DNA of 64,000 nucleotides, taken from NCBI RefSeq assembly GCF_009834535.1, contig NC_045697.1, positions 24,244,001-24,308,000 of the forward strand, given 5' to 3'. The stretch's first letter is position 1. Every line of letters starts with the position of its first letter. This document shows positions 13,491-26,821 of the stretch, in pieces. This DNA comes from Camelus ferus. Taxonomy: Eukaryota. Under the pieces are notes generated by a model. The model had not been told where the DNA came from and ran no database searches. It saw only the letters and a list, made by a program, of their open reading frames with translations. The position numbers and the translations under genes were made by a program.

Positions 13491-14744
13491 GCTTAAAAAC
13501 AGTAGCTTCTTCGTGGGTCAGTTTTCCAAAAATCTGGACAAGATGATCTCTCTAAAGTGCCTAGGACAATGTCCAGCTTGCAGTAGATGCTAAAAATATA
13601 TTTGTTCCTTTCCTCTTCCTATATTTGAAGCATCTTTTTTGCAATAAGAATGCATAATAGAAGCATCAAGGCCCCTTTCTTCAGAAGAAAGCTCTAATAT
13701 AGTAAAGGCACTCTGAAGCTGGAGGCTATGTGGAGATTGTTATAAGCTACAAATACTGTTAACATTGTTAACTGAGGTGTGCATGCAACTATTTTGTTTT
13801 TATCCTTCAATTCTTGGAGTAACTTTTATATGTCTCTTGTGTGGATTTCAAATCAGAGCCCAAAAGTGGTCTTTTTTGTTTTGTTTTGTTTTGGTTTTTT
13901 TTTGGTTTTTTTTTTCCCGTGTTGAGGAGCTTTGGCAAGGGAAACAGCAGTGGTGGGTTCCTACGATGTCCCGTGTCACTGATTTCACCCTCTCAAAGGC
14001 AATACTGCTCTAGACTGCTGCTAAAACTCATATCTATGGCACTGAAAATGAAAACAATCAACTATATTAATGCCAAAGTCAAACAGAGTCATCTAGCAAT
14101 TAAAGGGAATAGTGGCATTAACACACATTCTTCTTTTTCCTAAGAAAATTTTAGAAATTAATTGAAAGTACAAATACATGTTTATATATCTCTAAGAAAC
14201 CCCTGGTGCTTTGAAGAAAAATCTATGTTGTTTTTGGTGTATGTTTTCTGTAGAAATAAATGAAAAATAATTTCATAGGACTAATTTACCTGAAATGGTA
14301 ACGTCCAACATCATAAAATTGTGTGAGAGGGAAGGGCTAGGGTATGTTGATTTTCCTATCAATTATCAGACAAGATGAAAACAGTATGAACAGAACATCT
14401 TCAGCCTGGGCCAGTGTCATTGCAGATGTCTGGTTATCTCAAAGCAATTAAGATAAATTTTATACAAAATAGTACATTTCAAATGCATTTGATAGTTTTG
14501 ATCTCAATGCCAATTACTTCATAAAGAAAAAGAAAACTCAACTTGTTATGCAATGATAAACCATCAACATGCAACTTGCCTATACCAAATGCACGCTTCA
14601 TCTTTCTCATTATAGTCAATAATTATTTAGAATCTCATATTGTTCTAGCTGCCCCTAAAGTTGCCTGGAAAGGAGTTAGGGATCACAAATTTTTTTTCAT
14701 TACTGATAATGAAGATAAGGACATTATTAAGGGAAAAAAAAGAT

Positions 14745-14935
14745 GGGGGGAGGGTATAGCTCAGTGGTAAAGTGCATGCTTAGCATGCACAAGGTCCTGG
14801 GTTCATTCCCAGTATCTCTATTAAAAATAAATAAATAAACAAACAAACAAATCTAATTACCTCCCCCCAAAATAAAAATAAATAAATAAAAGACAAAAAA
14901 GTAATAAAAGATATCATTACAAATACATTTTTAAA
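14745..14935 (+). mobile_element. tRNA-derived SINE, camelid Vic-1-like
   Basis: GGGGAGGGTATAGCTCAGTGGTAAAGTGCATGCTTAGCATGCACAAGGTCCTGGGTTCATTCCCAG carries Pol III A box (TAGCTCAGTGG) and B box (GGTTCATTCC); then (AAAT)n linker, ctaattacctcccccc and an A-rich tail; possible A-rich TSD gaaaaaaaaga. Confidence 0.9.
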
Positions 14936-15907
14936 AAAGAAAAAAAAAGACAAGGAGACAGTAATAGTCAATGTGAATGTATTTTTAGAGTACAAACATA
15001 AAGTAAAAAGACATAAGTAGATTCATGGTATTTGTTCATAACAAAATGTAAGGCTAGGAAGTAAAAAGTGTCTTTAATTTGCCTATCCACTTTCAACTTC
15101 CTCTGCTTCTTGTAAAATGCTGCTCTAAGGATTTGCATTCCCAGGAAAAGAAGATGTTGTGTAACGTTTAGGTAGATAACTGTATGTATGATTTCATATC
15201 TCATTTGACAACAGAATGTGCCAATGATCAAAAGAAGTATATGCCTGGGGTAATGTGATTGCATCAAATTGAGCATCCCAGAGTTCCAAGGATATTCACA
15301 ATCAGCTACCTGTGTGTGTCCTGATTCTGGAACAGGCTGGTGAGGAAGGTGACCTGGAAGCATCTGGAAATGATTAATCCCAATGAATATTTGGTGGATG
15401 TAATCCATAAAGTATTAACATTATTTTTTACTGTGCATGTATTTTTTAAAAAAGTAATAGTTGCATCTCATATATAACATGTATATTTGTGCTTTTGATA
15501 TTTATTGAAAAATCAAAATTTTAAAATATGTTGTAAACCAGCAGCACATTCACAATACTGTGACCCTGAATATAGTATGACGTTCTACAAACCAGATAAA
15601 GGTAGGTGCTGTGTTAGACTTCATATTAACACACAGCTCAATGCAATTATAAACAAACGTGGGAATCAGAAGACAGTGGTGAGGTGAATGGAGAGGCAAC
15701 CTGGAGGTTCAGAAAAAGTATCTTAGTAATTACTCTTGTAATTCTGTTTCCAACCATATGGCAAAGGTAGAATTAAGCACAGAAGAAACCAGTTATAAAC
15801 CAGAGGGGAATGAGAAAACAGGATCCTCTTTCATTGTCTAGCAAGAATTTCTGCATGATCCATAGAAGAAAAATATAGAAAACTTGCTTTCATGAGGATA
15901 CTTGGTA

Positions 15908-15974
15908 AAATATAAACTAGCTTGTAAATATAAAAAGCTTGTAAATATAAACTAGCTTGTAAATATAAAAAGCT
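15908..15974. repeat. Short tandem repeat: 35-bp dimer of 18+17-bp units, ~2 copies
   Basis: aaatataaactagcttgt / aaatataaaaagcttgt / aaatataaactagcttgt / aaatataaaaagct. Confidence 0.9.
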
Positions 15975-18900
15975 AAAATTACATTGAATCTAAAGTGATT
16001 TCCATTTAAGGAATTTTTTTAGGTGCACTGAGGTATCAAAATACATCTGTACATAATTATAACACAAATTGTATGAGTTCCAGAGGTAAATTCTGCTGAC
16101 CAAACATAAGAAAAGAATTTTTTTTCTTACTTTGTGTCCCAGTCTTTCTTTTTAGAATGAAACTCTCATCAACTAGAAAAATATAATTCAACAGACTTTA
16201 ATTTAAAAATAAGTGCTGTGGTTCTATACTCTCAGTCCCTAAATTGAAAGATTACTTTTTTGGGGGGAAAATAAGTCTTATTTTTTACCCAACACATTAT
16301 TTCCTTCTTTAAATTGTAGTTCAAATCTGGTATCCTCATAGATGGTTTTCATTCAAATACCTTCCAGTTGGCAGTACCAATCCTGAAATATCTAGGCCTG
16401 AGTATTTTAAAATTTCTCATTTGTTCTTTCTCATTTTTATTTTTTCTCAATTTGTATTTACTTTTTAATGTCCCTTTTTGACATCTGAAACTCATTGCTT
16501 AGCGAACTCTTTCATATAGGCTCCAAATGCATAATTCATGGCTAAGCTTCTTTTGGACAGGTAATATCTCCTTTTTGATTGATTAAAAGGAAGGAATGCA
16601 AAGTATTAAGTAAAACGTTAATTGAAATATAAATATTTTAGATTATTAGATAACCATCATAAAAAGTATTCATATAAGAAATTGAAACAATTTTCGTGCA
16701 CGTATTTTACGGATCACGGCATGTGTAATGCATTTTTGAATCTTTGAAGAATAAAAATATTATCTTCCCAGAAAATCAGATGTGTCATTGAGAATTTCAT
16801 ATAATATGCTGCCTGAGTAGAGGTAAAATCACCTGACATTGTTAAACATTGGCAAAGACAGAAATAGCAGCTTGTGCTAATGCAAATTGGCCAGAGTTTG
16901 TTGATCTAGATGAACATGGGCAGATGGTTTTCAGTAAGTAGTATCCTCATTGGTTTTCTATTTAACAGAAATAAAGGCCTTTATATTGATGATGGCAAAC
17001 AAGATATCATGAGCATGAAGCGGTTCGATTTTCTTCTATCACTTTTCTCCATCAAGGAGAGAAACTACCAGTGGAGTGACTACTGGGTGCTTCCATGACA
17101 CGTTGCATTGTGACAGTTGTCCATTCTGACCATGTTGTCTCTTGGCCGCAATCACTGTACACAGTAGTTTTTTACCTTTACAATGAAGTGTGGTTGAACT
17201 TAGTTTTTAAAAGTCCTAAGTCCAAAGTCTATTACTGGGGTTAGAGACAGAGGAGGGCGCTGCATTGTTTGTAGTTTATGAGTGTGAAGAGGGGAGACTA
17301 GCATATGTGAAGTGCCTTACATAGCGTTGTCTGAGCAGTCATGAAATCAAGAACACCTATTCAGGGATAAGAAGTACTGGGTGGTAACAGAGGTCAGTAA
17401 GACAGTCAGAACACATTTCCAAAAACCACAGAAGGAGAAGGAAATACAAAAAGCTGTAGTAGGAACTCAGGGGACACCACTTAAAAGAGAGAAGAGGGAG
17501 CCTCCAGTAAAACAGGAAGATACACACAGTGATCGTTCTGGGAAAGGCTACTTTATCTTACACTGGATCTTCGGTATTTCCTTGCATGAAAACATAGATA
17601 TAGGCAGTGATAATTATAATATAAAAGACATGGTAAGTATACAATTAACATTCTTCAAATAACATTTAAACCAACTCCAGTTTAAGATAGAAGTATCTAG
17701 ACTTCAACCAAGGCTGGAAGAGATTATTACCATTCATAAAATTTCAGAAGAACAATCATTCTAGCTTGGACTTTCCAATAACCAACTGGAAGCATCTTTT
17801 CTGCAGTTCAGTAGGGTCAGCTCCAAGAAAAGACCATATTGTAAAACAGAAAAAAAAAAAAAATTACTGTTTCAGTTTTAAATACATTTAATCACATTCA
17901 TGTACCCTCAAGAAGAATAAACATGCAAATCAAATTCTTAGCTGTTGCTTAGACAATAATATAGGTGCATGTAGGTGATACATCTTTTCCTGAAGTGTAA
18001 TCACAATAAAATCAACTGGTCCTTAACCCAGTGAAATGTAAGATCATCAGGATGTGATTACATGTCCTTTATAATGACTTTAATCAAGATGTAACTACAC
18101 TGTTGAGTGTAACTAAAATTGCGTTAAATTACCATTTACTTAAGGAGATTCAAGAGTCCTTAAATTTCCAAAATATAAATAAAATCTAACTCAATGTTGA
18201 AACTGATTTTCTACAGAAACTGTTTTACAGTGTATTAAAAGGATTAGAAATACTACAATTACTCAACTTAAGCTTGCTCCAGTTAGACATTTTTCTGAAA
18301 CCAAGAAACCAGTACTACATAACATCTCTGCATATAACATTCCTACAAGGTCATTCTAAATATGCCATATTTAAAATTGCTCAAATCTTAGTCTTGTTAC
18401 CAATGAACTAGTGAAATTAGAAATGTGAACCATATCCTTATTTTTCAAGTAATGAATCATCTATCTTTATAGTAATTAACTTTAAGATTCTCTTCCATCC
18501 ATTTCCCTAAACTCTTTTCCTTTTATCATTTTCCCTCTGAAATCCAAAAGAATTGTACAGATGGCTACATAAGCTCTGAAAGTAAATCTAAGGAGGACAT
18601 TTAATGGGTGACTGGTAGACAATTATCCTGGTTCTTTTTACAAAATTAGAAGACTTAATTTTTTAAACAAATGCTTCAAATCTTATTCATATTTGAATGT
18701 CTCATGTATACCTTGACTGTAAAACTTGTATTTTTTTCTTCTGATTTCTACAAAGTAAGTTTTTAGTTTCCTTTGTACTTATTTGTTGACAAAATAGAAA
18801 GTAATGTTGTATATTATAGGAAATTTGAGGAATAAAAATTAGTTGTTGTCCTTTACCCTTTCTCAAAAAGATTATAATGACAAGGAAGATGAGAAAAATG

Positions 18901-18984
18901 CATGTGTAATATTAACAAGCTGTGTTCAGATCCTGATTCCACAGCTGACAATAATGTTGGTATCTCTTTAAAAGGAAAGCTATT

Positions 18985-19544
18985 TGTGGCCGTTTTAAAA
19001 TATGGCCACAAAAGCTTAAAAATTCCTCACATCAAGAGGTAGCCCCAATTTCTCTTTCATTTGAAGTCAGACCATCTTGAGATTGCTTCAACCAATAGAG
19101 TATGGCCAAATTAATTCTATGTGAATTTTGGGTCTCATAAAAGGTAAAATACCTACTTACTGGAACACTCATTCTTGGCGCTTTCAGTTGCCTATAGGAA
19201 GCTCAACTACCTTTATGCTCCCATGATCTGAGGAAGCACAAGCTATAAAGAGAGGTCACACTCAGCCACCCTTGGACAACAATTTTGAGCCCAGCCTTTG
19301 CATCACCTGAGCCCAGATACCAAATATGTAAGTGAAGAAGCCTCCAGAGGATTCTGTTTCCCAACATTCAGCTCATCCCCAGCCACCTGGGACTTTGCAG
19401 AGACCCCAGATGGTATAGGTCACAGAAAAGTCACTCCCATGTTCAAATCCCTGACCTACAAAGTTTGTAAGGCTAATAAAATGGTGCTTGTTTCATGACA
19501 CTATGTGTAAACAATTTATTATGCAGCAATAGATAGCAGAAATA
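18985..19544 (+). mobile_element. MaLR solo LTR, MLT1H-like, inserted in a MIR relic
   Basis: tgtggc…aaaatatggccaca…atcaagaggt…ttgcttcaaccaatagagtatggc…gtgaagaagcctccag…aataaaatggtgcttgtttca…ttatgcagcaatagata; MIR-like sequence on both sides. Confidence 0.75.
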
Positions 19545-19964
19545 GTAGCAAATGAAAATGTTTTCTTCCTCCACAATTTGTCAGGGTTGTCGTGAAGGGG
19601 AAAGAAGAGAAAATGTGGCATTATATGTGGCATTATGCAAACCTGCGTGCCATTTAATAGCTATGCTCTTTGATAATCAGGATGAAAATCATGGATTATA
19701 TTCTTCTATCATGGGCTTTTGTGGAAGATTAAATGAAACAACATAATTAAAGTATCTGACATAAGCATGCATTTTTTAAAAAGTTCTTTTACTCCCCCTT
19801 ATTATTAAAGACATTTCACTCTGCCTTATTAAAGAAGTAGCATTATTGCCATGAGAGACAGTCAAGCTATACAAATTAGAAAGAAATAATTTCCGTTTAT
19901 GAGAATCAAGGAAAATTTTGCTGAGCAGGAGGTAGTTGTAATGTACTATGTAAACACAATAAAA

Positions 19965-20510
19965 GTTTCAATTCAGTTCAACAAATACATGGCTATATGA
20001 AAGGAGGAATACATAGTTTGAGATACAACAGTGAATAAAAGTATTGCTTTTCCAGTCCTAATGGAATTTAGAGTCTAGCAAGTTAACTGAAATTACAATT
20101 TTAGTGTTATGTATTAAATAAAATTCCACATTGCTATGGAAATATACAACAGCAAAATGTATCCTAGTCTGAGATCACAGAAGGCCTACTTGAAAAATTA
20201 ATAATTAAGCTGATTTGAAAGATGAATAGATGATAGCTAATAGATATTGGAAGAATGTTCCAAGAAGAAAAAACAACTTGTGTAAAAGTTCTTAGGAGAG
20301 AGAGTGCAGAATATCTTAAAGAAATCAAGAGAGGACTAGTGTATCTGGGTCATGTAGACCAGTAACGGCATATGACTGGAGAGGGAGGCAGGGGCCATAT
20401 GAGAAAGGGCATTTAATGTAATTTTAAGGATTGGGGAATTTCTCTTAGGGACCTTGGAAAATTACCAGAAAGGTGGTAAGCAAGTAAATGACTTCAGATT
20501 TTTGTTGTAC
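19965..20510 (-). mobile_element. L2 LINE relic (3' region)
   Basis: attcagttcaacaaata…gatacaacagtgaataaaa…ttaagctgatttgaaagatgaataga…gaagaatgttccaagaaga…ggcaggggccat, typical reverse-strand L2. Confidence 0.65.
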
Positions 20511-20819
20511 AATATTAGCTAAAGGAATCATGATCTGTATTACTCTCCAGTTGAAATCTTGGAGATTATCACACCTTTTTTTCTTCTGATGCTCATCATG
20601 CTCCCTTATTCAAAATGTTGAGCATTATCGTTCTACAAGTTCTACAACAGGCATAGGACATGGGTTTCATAGCTCATACTCTCATACCCCAATTAAGAAC
20701 TTAAAAAGACCATCTTATCACACACGATTTAACTGGTGACAGTATTTAAATGTATCACCTATTGTTTCATTATTTTTAAAAAATACACACTAAAGTCTAC
20801 TCTAAAATTATGTTTCAAG

Positions 20820-20975
20820 TATAGTGGGAAATTCCAAAGGGAAATTATTTTCAAAGAGATTCTGGTCACTTTTGAAAAAAATACTATATAACTTTCACAT
20901 GACAACTACTTTAAAGAAGAAAATACTCAATTAAATATATATGATAAACTATAACTTCTCACACTATTTTTAGCT
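20820..20975 (+). mobile_element. Possible ancient mariner-like (MARNA-type) fragment
   Basis: …tgacaactactttaaagaagaaaatactcaatt… resembles the mariner transposase 3' end (…GDYFE…); highly degenerate. Confidence 0.35.
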
Positions 20976-23900
20976 ATACTTTCTGAAAGTCTAAAAGTCT
21001 CCTAGTCTTACTTGCTATATAGTGGAAGTTTGCTTCTGGTCCTTGGCACCGTCATAGACTTCAATTCACGTAAATCTTAACTCTTTGCTCCTTAGCAGTT
21101 ACCTCCAGGACACACAATATAGTAAGTACTCATCCTATATCAAGGGTCCAGATATTCTACCTACCTCTTTCTGGCCCATCCCTAGGACTTATTTTGGCCC
21201 ATGGTACACTTTCCATGAATACAAGTTTTGTCTAGTTAGTTTACTGGGTCTCAGTTCATAAGAGCTGATAAACCAACACTTGGAATTACAGTATGACTAT
21301 TTCCCATGTTGTCTGGTGTCATTTCTTTCCTTTTATCATCTGTTCTAACTTATTCTGACATTTTCTTTTCAGCATACTTAGCCAAAATGCATCACCATTA
21401 GTGCAGAATTTTTAGTTAAACATAAACATGTTGGCTATGTGAGTTAAAGTTAAGTATATTCAACATGTATAAATATTAGCATGCAGTATAGCATCCAAAG
21501 ATACAATCTTACAGAATAATTAAAATACTTACCTTTAATATATGAGAACTTGCTTTGAAAAATAAATCCTACATTCACACACAAAAATAACATTTACCAG
21601 AAAATTTCCAAATTATTTTCTCAGAGGAGTATCTCCTACTATTATCATGAGAGTTGGATGTCAGGAGCAATTGAATTTTCTCATACTTTTAGTTGTAGAA
21701 TTATACCCTTTGCTTAAACAATAGAAATTAAGGTTTTAAGTCTGGGTATAAATACAAAAAATGAGATGTTGGCAATATGAATTTGTACATATAAATAAGA
21801 ATGCTTGTATTTTTTATAAAATTGTTTTTCAAGTTGGCTTTATAGCCAAATAGTTTGGTGATTTTATGGGACACTTTATACTTAAATATGAGTAAAAAGT
21901 ATTTTCCATATGCTAAAGTTTGGGAGAGACTAATGAGCATTTTAGAATTTTGTTTAAAAGAAAAATATATATTCCAAAGTAATTTTGCATTTTGTTAAGA
22001 ATTATGATTTGTGAACTCACACCTTATATATTAAAGCAAAGTCCATTCAACACATACGTAAATAATGGAATTAATAATATAAAAATATAAATAATTGGTC
22101 AAATAATATCACAAATGGTTAGCAGTCATTTGCTTTTACATGAAAGTCAAATGATAAAATTGAGGAAAACAGAAAAGTCATGTACTTTTATCCAAGTAGA
22201 TTGATTATCTAATCTTCCTTTTAAAGTCTAAGGTGCTCTCAAATATGTTATGAATCTTTCTGAACTAAAAGATAATTTTTATAAAATGTATATGAAGGTT
22301 TTGTGTTGATCTTTATTTATTTTTCAACAATGGGAGCAATGTTTCAACTTAGCAATACAGAACAGAGATAAAGGTACTTGAATATTTACCAGAGTTCTCT
22401 TTGAGAAGGAAATACATTGAGAAGCCAGTTTGCTATAGAGGGTGAGGCTCTGAAGGCATTGTTTGGAATGAGGAAGCAAGTGACAATGGCCTTATCTCAG
22501 TTAATAATGGGTGGGAATTTATAAATCCAGAGAGTATATGTATACATACATTTTATACCACCTTCCTGAATATGAATACCTTTATTTCATGTATGTAATC
22601 CTTAAAGTCATTTTTGAGAATCTCATCAGTCTAAGATTAATGTGAGATACCTGAAGTTTTAACATCTCCCCCCTTAAGATTTAAATATGAACAAAGCATT
22701 AAAAATATAACTAGATATTGCAAACTTCATTTACATATTTTCAAAAACTCTAAAATATGTAGGTAATGTTTCACATTAATAAAACTTTTAACCTCATTAA
22801 TTTAAAATAAGATAGAACCACAAGTTAGTTAAGAAAGAAAGAAATGAAAAGGAATCAAGTAGAATAAAAGCCTGGAGGGAGGATGGGAGAAATTGATGAA
22901 GGAAAGGAAGGAGGGAGAAAGGAGTGGAAGGAAGAAAACCATGAAAGCAATTAATTGAACTAATGTGAAAATACATCTGTTCTTTTTTTCAGAGAGCAAG
23001 CCCTTTAAAATGACTAATTAGCATGGAGTGCTGGAGGCTATTGCATAACTATTGATTTAATGAGTGCAATTGATTGTATTTTTTTCGAAAGTTAGAATTG
23101 CTAGGGTTATAGGAAGTTTAAAAATCATAGAGTTCATTTTCTTGCCCTTGGGCAGAAATATTCCCATCACTCAGAGACCACAGCATTTATCTCATTTTTC
23201 AAATGTCCAGAGAAGGAAATCATACAACTCCCTCCAAAAACATACCTTAGCCTCACAAAGAATCCTGTCTCAGAAACATAACTTGTATTTACTACCAAAT
23301 AGCTCATTAAGTAAAGTTGAAAAAACAAAGATACTCTGGTTTTATGGTCTCTATATGCTTACAAATGGTCTTAAAAGGGAGAATTAAGACTGGGCTTGGC
23401 TGTGGTAAAGACTCTTCTTTAAAGTGTGAATTTTAACGGAAAAAATAATCAATATTATAAATGAAGTAATATTATGATAAATTACCCCCTTTATATAAGG
23501 GAATATGAATTTCAAAGGGAATAAATGCAATGTTTGTTCCCTTCAGTCCAAGCCAAACAATCACTATTTAAAGGGATAATGAAGTAACAAGTAGCTTAAA
23601 GAAAAAAATTTTTCTGCAAATTCTTAATTCTTGCCCACAATACAATCGTTAAGTTTGGATGATTTACCTGTACAAATACACACATATGAAATTTTAAAAG
23701 GACCAAATAGCTGCTTTAATTAAAATTTAGATAACTGGTATAGTAAATCCAGATCGACTTTTCTGTTGAAATGTGGCCACTACCACTTTCCAGTTAGAGA
23801 AAAAGGAAAAGAAAGAATATGGAATCCCAAGGCACAGGGAAATACTAACAATACTTTCTCTTATGGACCAAATTTGAAATGCAAATTACACTGAGAGAAG

Positions 23901-24378
23901 GCTTTATTCATTCCAACTCCTGACAAATTAGAATTCTGTTTCACTATTAAAAACAGGCCTTTAAAATATGTTTTTTGCTTTACTTTTCAAGTTGTCAACC
24001 TTACCATTTTTATGAATAAAGGCTTTAATTAAGTAACAGCCTGAATTTTGGCCTCTCTCATATAGCATTTTAAGCAAATTAGTATTGTAATAAATTTTTC
24101 ATGTGACAAATACTTGAATTGCTTTAACTGAAATAGTTGTTTTGTCTATTCCATTAAATCTTTTAGTTCATGCTATAGCTTTAAAATTTAATAGAGATAC
24201 TCTTATATGGATATTTATTGATTAAATAATATAGATGTTTTAAAAGGTTTCTTCTTTTGACTAAATAATTTAAAAGATGAGTATCTAGGCCCCAAATTCT
24301 TTGGACTATATAGAACTGAAAGAGAATTACTATTTAGGGCTGTAATATTATAGAATTATAATACCTGTGTAATTACAG

Positions 24379-24425
24379 TATATATATATATAGATAGATA
24401 GATAGATATAGATATAGATATAGAT
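24379..24425. repeat. Compound (TA)n/(TAGA)n/(TATAGA)n microsatellite
   Basis: Seen directly. Confidence 0.85.
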
Positions 24426-26454
24426 GAGACATAGAATTATAATTACCTGTATAATTGTGCCATAGAATAAGTCTTCCTTACCCATTTTTATTTCAACAAA
24501 AACAACATGGTATTGCAAATAAATATGTTTACAATTGACTTCAAAGCTTTTTATACTCAGATGAATTCTCATTCATATTTATCATCATTTGACATATAAA
24601 TCTATTTTTAAAAGTCTAACAAGTATTTTGTTGGAAATATATGTACTCATTATAAATGATTCAGATGTTGACATGACTAACATGTATTTCCAATAGCATT
24701 TAAGTTGTGAGAGATCTTGTATTTCTTCACATTTCTAAATAAAATCTAATCTCTTGTGTTTATGTGGAATAGTCAATAATAAACCTCCAGTGTTCACTGA
24801 AGTATCCATATATTTTATATAAGCCTTTAGCCAAGACCATAAGGACCTGAACTTTCCTGTGATTTTACTCTTGTCCAATTTGTGATTGCTTTTGTAGTAT
24901 TTTAAATAGTAGATGACTGTTGTGACCAATTCTATATGTTTATTCACCCATATTACCTAAGACATGATTTATACTGAGGTGGTAAAACATTCACTCCTTT
25001 CACTCCACTCCTTTCAAAACTTTCCCAGACTGATTGCTACTCTCAATTAAGTGCATTTATTCCTCATTAAAATAATAATGATGATGTATTATAAGAAGGA
25101 AAATAAAGTGTAGAAAAATTGCTTATTTGTATAAAATGTGATCATGCAAACATTAACACAAAAGAATCAACAGCCAAACATTAAACTTTACAAATAAATT
25201 CAGAAAACCAAGGAAACTAGATATTATATTAATGAACAAGCTCAAGTACCTATGAAAAGGTAGTAGGATTCATGTTAAAATTATACTGGATAATTGTTGA
25301 AATCTGTACTGCTATTGGCTAGTTTTCATCTTCCCATGTTTTGTAGTTATATATTAAAATTTAAAAATGTTTTATATCATTTTTAACTTTAAGACAAACA
25401 ACAATACAATCAAAATGATAAATTACAGCTTATATGTGGTGGGTCTCATTAGAGAATTCAGGCGGTCGTGAGGGTTGTGGCTAATGGCAAAGCACACTGA
25501 CCTTCTAAAGAAAGAGGGACATTTATCTTTGGGCATTCATAAAGAAGAGTGTGACCCAGAATTGCTGGATATTCAGAATTTTTCTAGAGAAGGTAATTCT
25601 TAAAATGTTTCATGAGCTAAATAAGAATTTTTAAGTAAAGTTATCTATTTCAAAAACAAATAGACAAATAAATAATAATACAAATAGTGATGGGGGGAAA
25701 GTCTGTTACGTAGTTTTCAAGTTGAAGGTAATTTATTTATGACTCCTAGATCTTCAAAATCAACTGAGGTGATCTCTGAGTCACATCTTCCCTTTTTTCT
25801 CTCATGTCCTGAAATATGAAAAATAGGTCAGTTCTCCTCAAAGGCTAAGAATCACAGAGCTGACACAAAGTCCTGACTACCATGCATGACATATTGTATG
25901 GGGTTATAGAAAATCATCTTACTTTGTTCTTGATGAGTTCATAGCTGTAAAATTAAAGTATATTAGTTAATTTTAATAGTTGTATTTTTATCTCTCATAC
26001 ACAGTATGAAGTTTCTACTTACCTAAGCCTTTTTTCCTTGCATATATGTCCATTCTGGGTTAGTGGAACCTTGGGATTTAGGCTCGTGGGAAAGCCTAAA
26101 TGACTAAAATGAAATTCTAAAAAGTAGAAGCCTTTTTGATCTCTACAGAGTATGTCTTTGATACCTACAATTTGTATTGAAGTCCATGGATACCTCATTG
26201 CTGAGTTGCAAAAAGAGAAATGAGGATATATAATAGGAAGTTGAGATAACACCATAAAATTATGTTTTTAATTGGAAGACTTCTGTCTCTTCACTTTAAG
26301 TAATTAATATGTTTAATTTTACATCTTCTTTACCACTGTTTGCTTTCTATTACTTTGTATTCATTTTTTCTTCCCTTTCCTGGCCTCTTTTCGATTAATG
26401 GATTATTTTTTACTGTTGTACTTCTCCGTCTATCGTTAATTATGAGACTCACAG

Positions 26455-26537
26455 TCTTTTTGAAGGCCACTCTGCTTTACTCAGTCTACCAATTTAAGTA
26501 TTACTCACCCAAAAACACTCTCACAGAGACACCCAGA
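26455..26537 (-). mobile_element. MLT2 (ERVL LTR) fragment
   Basis: tctgctttactcagtctaccaattt…cccaaaaacactctcacagagacacccaga matches my recollection of MLT2C/D. Confidence 0.6.
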
Positions 26538-26547
26538 TGTTTATATC

Positions 26548-26785
26548 CATGTCAACAAATTTGGGAACTTTTCAGCCATTATTTCTTCAAATATTTTCTC
26601 TGCCCCGTCTCTCTCTTCTACTTCTGGAATTTTGACAATATGTGTGTGGATCTCCTTGATGGTGCCCCACAAGTCCCTGAGGCTCTGTTCACATTTCTTC
26701 AGTCTTTTTTCTTTTGTTTCTTAGATTTGATAATTTTCATCATTCTATCTTTAAATTCACTGTTTTGTTTGTTTGTTTGTTTTGG

Positions 26786-26821
<36 letters not shown>

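Noticed and set aside
14745..14815. Possible tRNA gene
   Set aside because: The tRNA-like head continues into the SINE linker and tail and lacks a complete acceptor stem; a second diverged copy exists at 59083.
14968..15408. 146-aa minus-strand ORF
   Set aside because: No recognisable domain or coding bias and no splice support; consistent with a chance ORF.
17381..17662. ORF ending near a strong donor-like ATG|GTAAGT (~17632)
   Set aside because: No matching acceptor or recognisable peptide; isolated GTAAGT motifs are common by chance.
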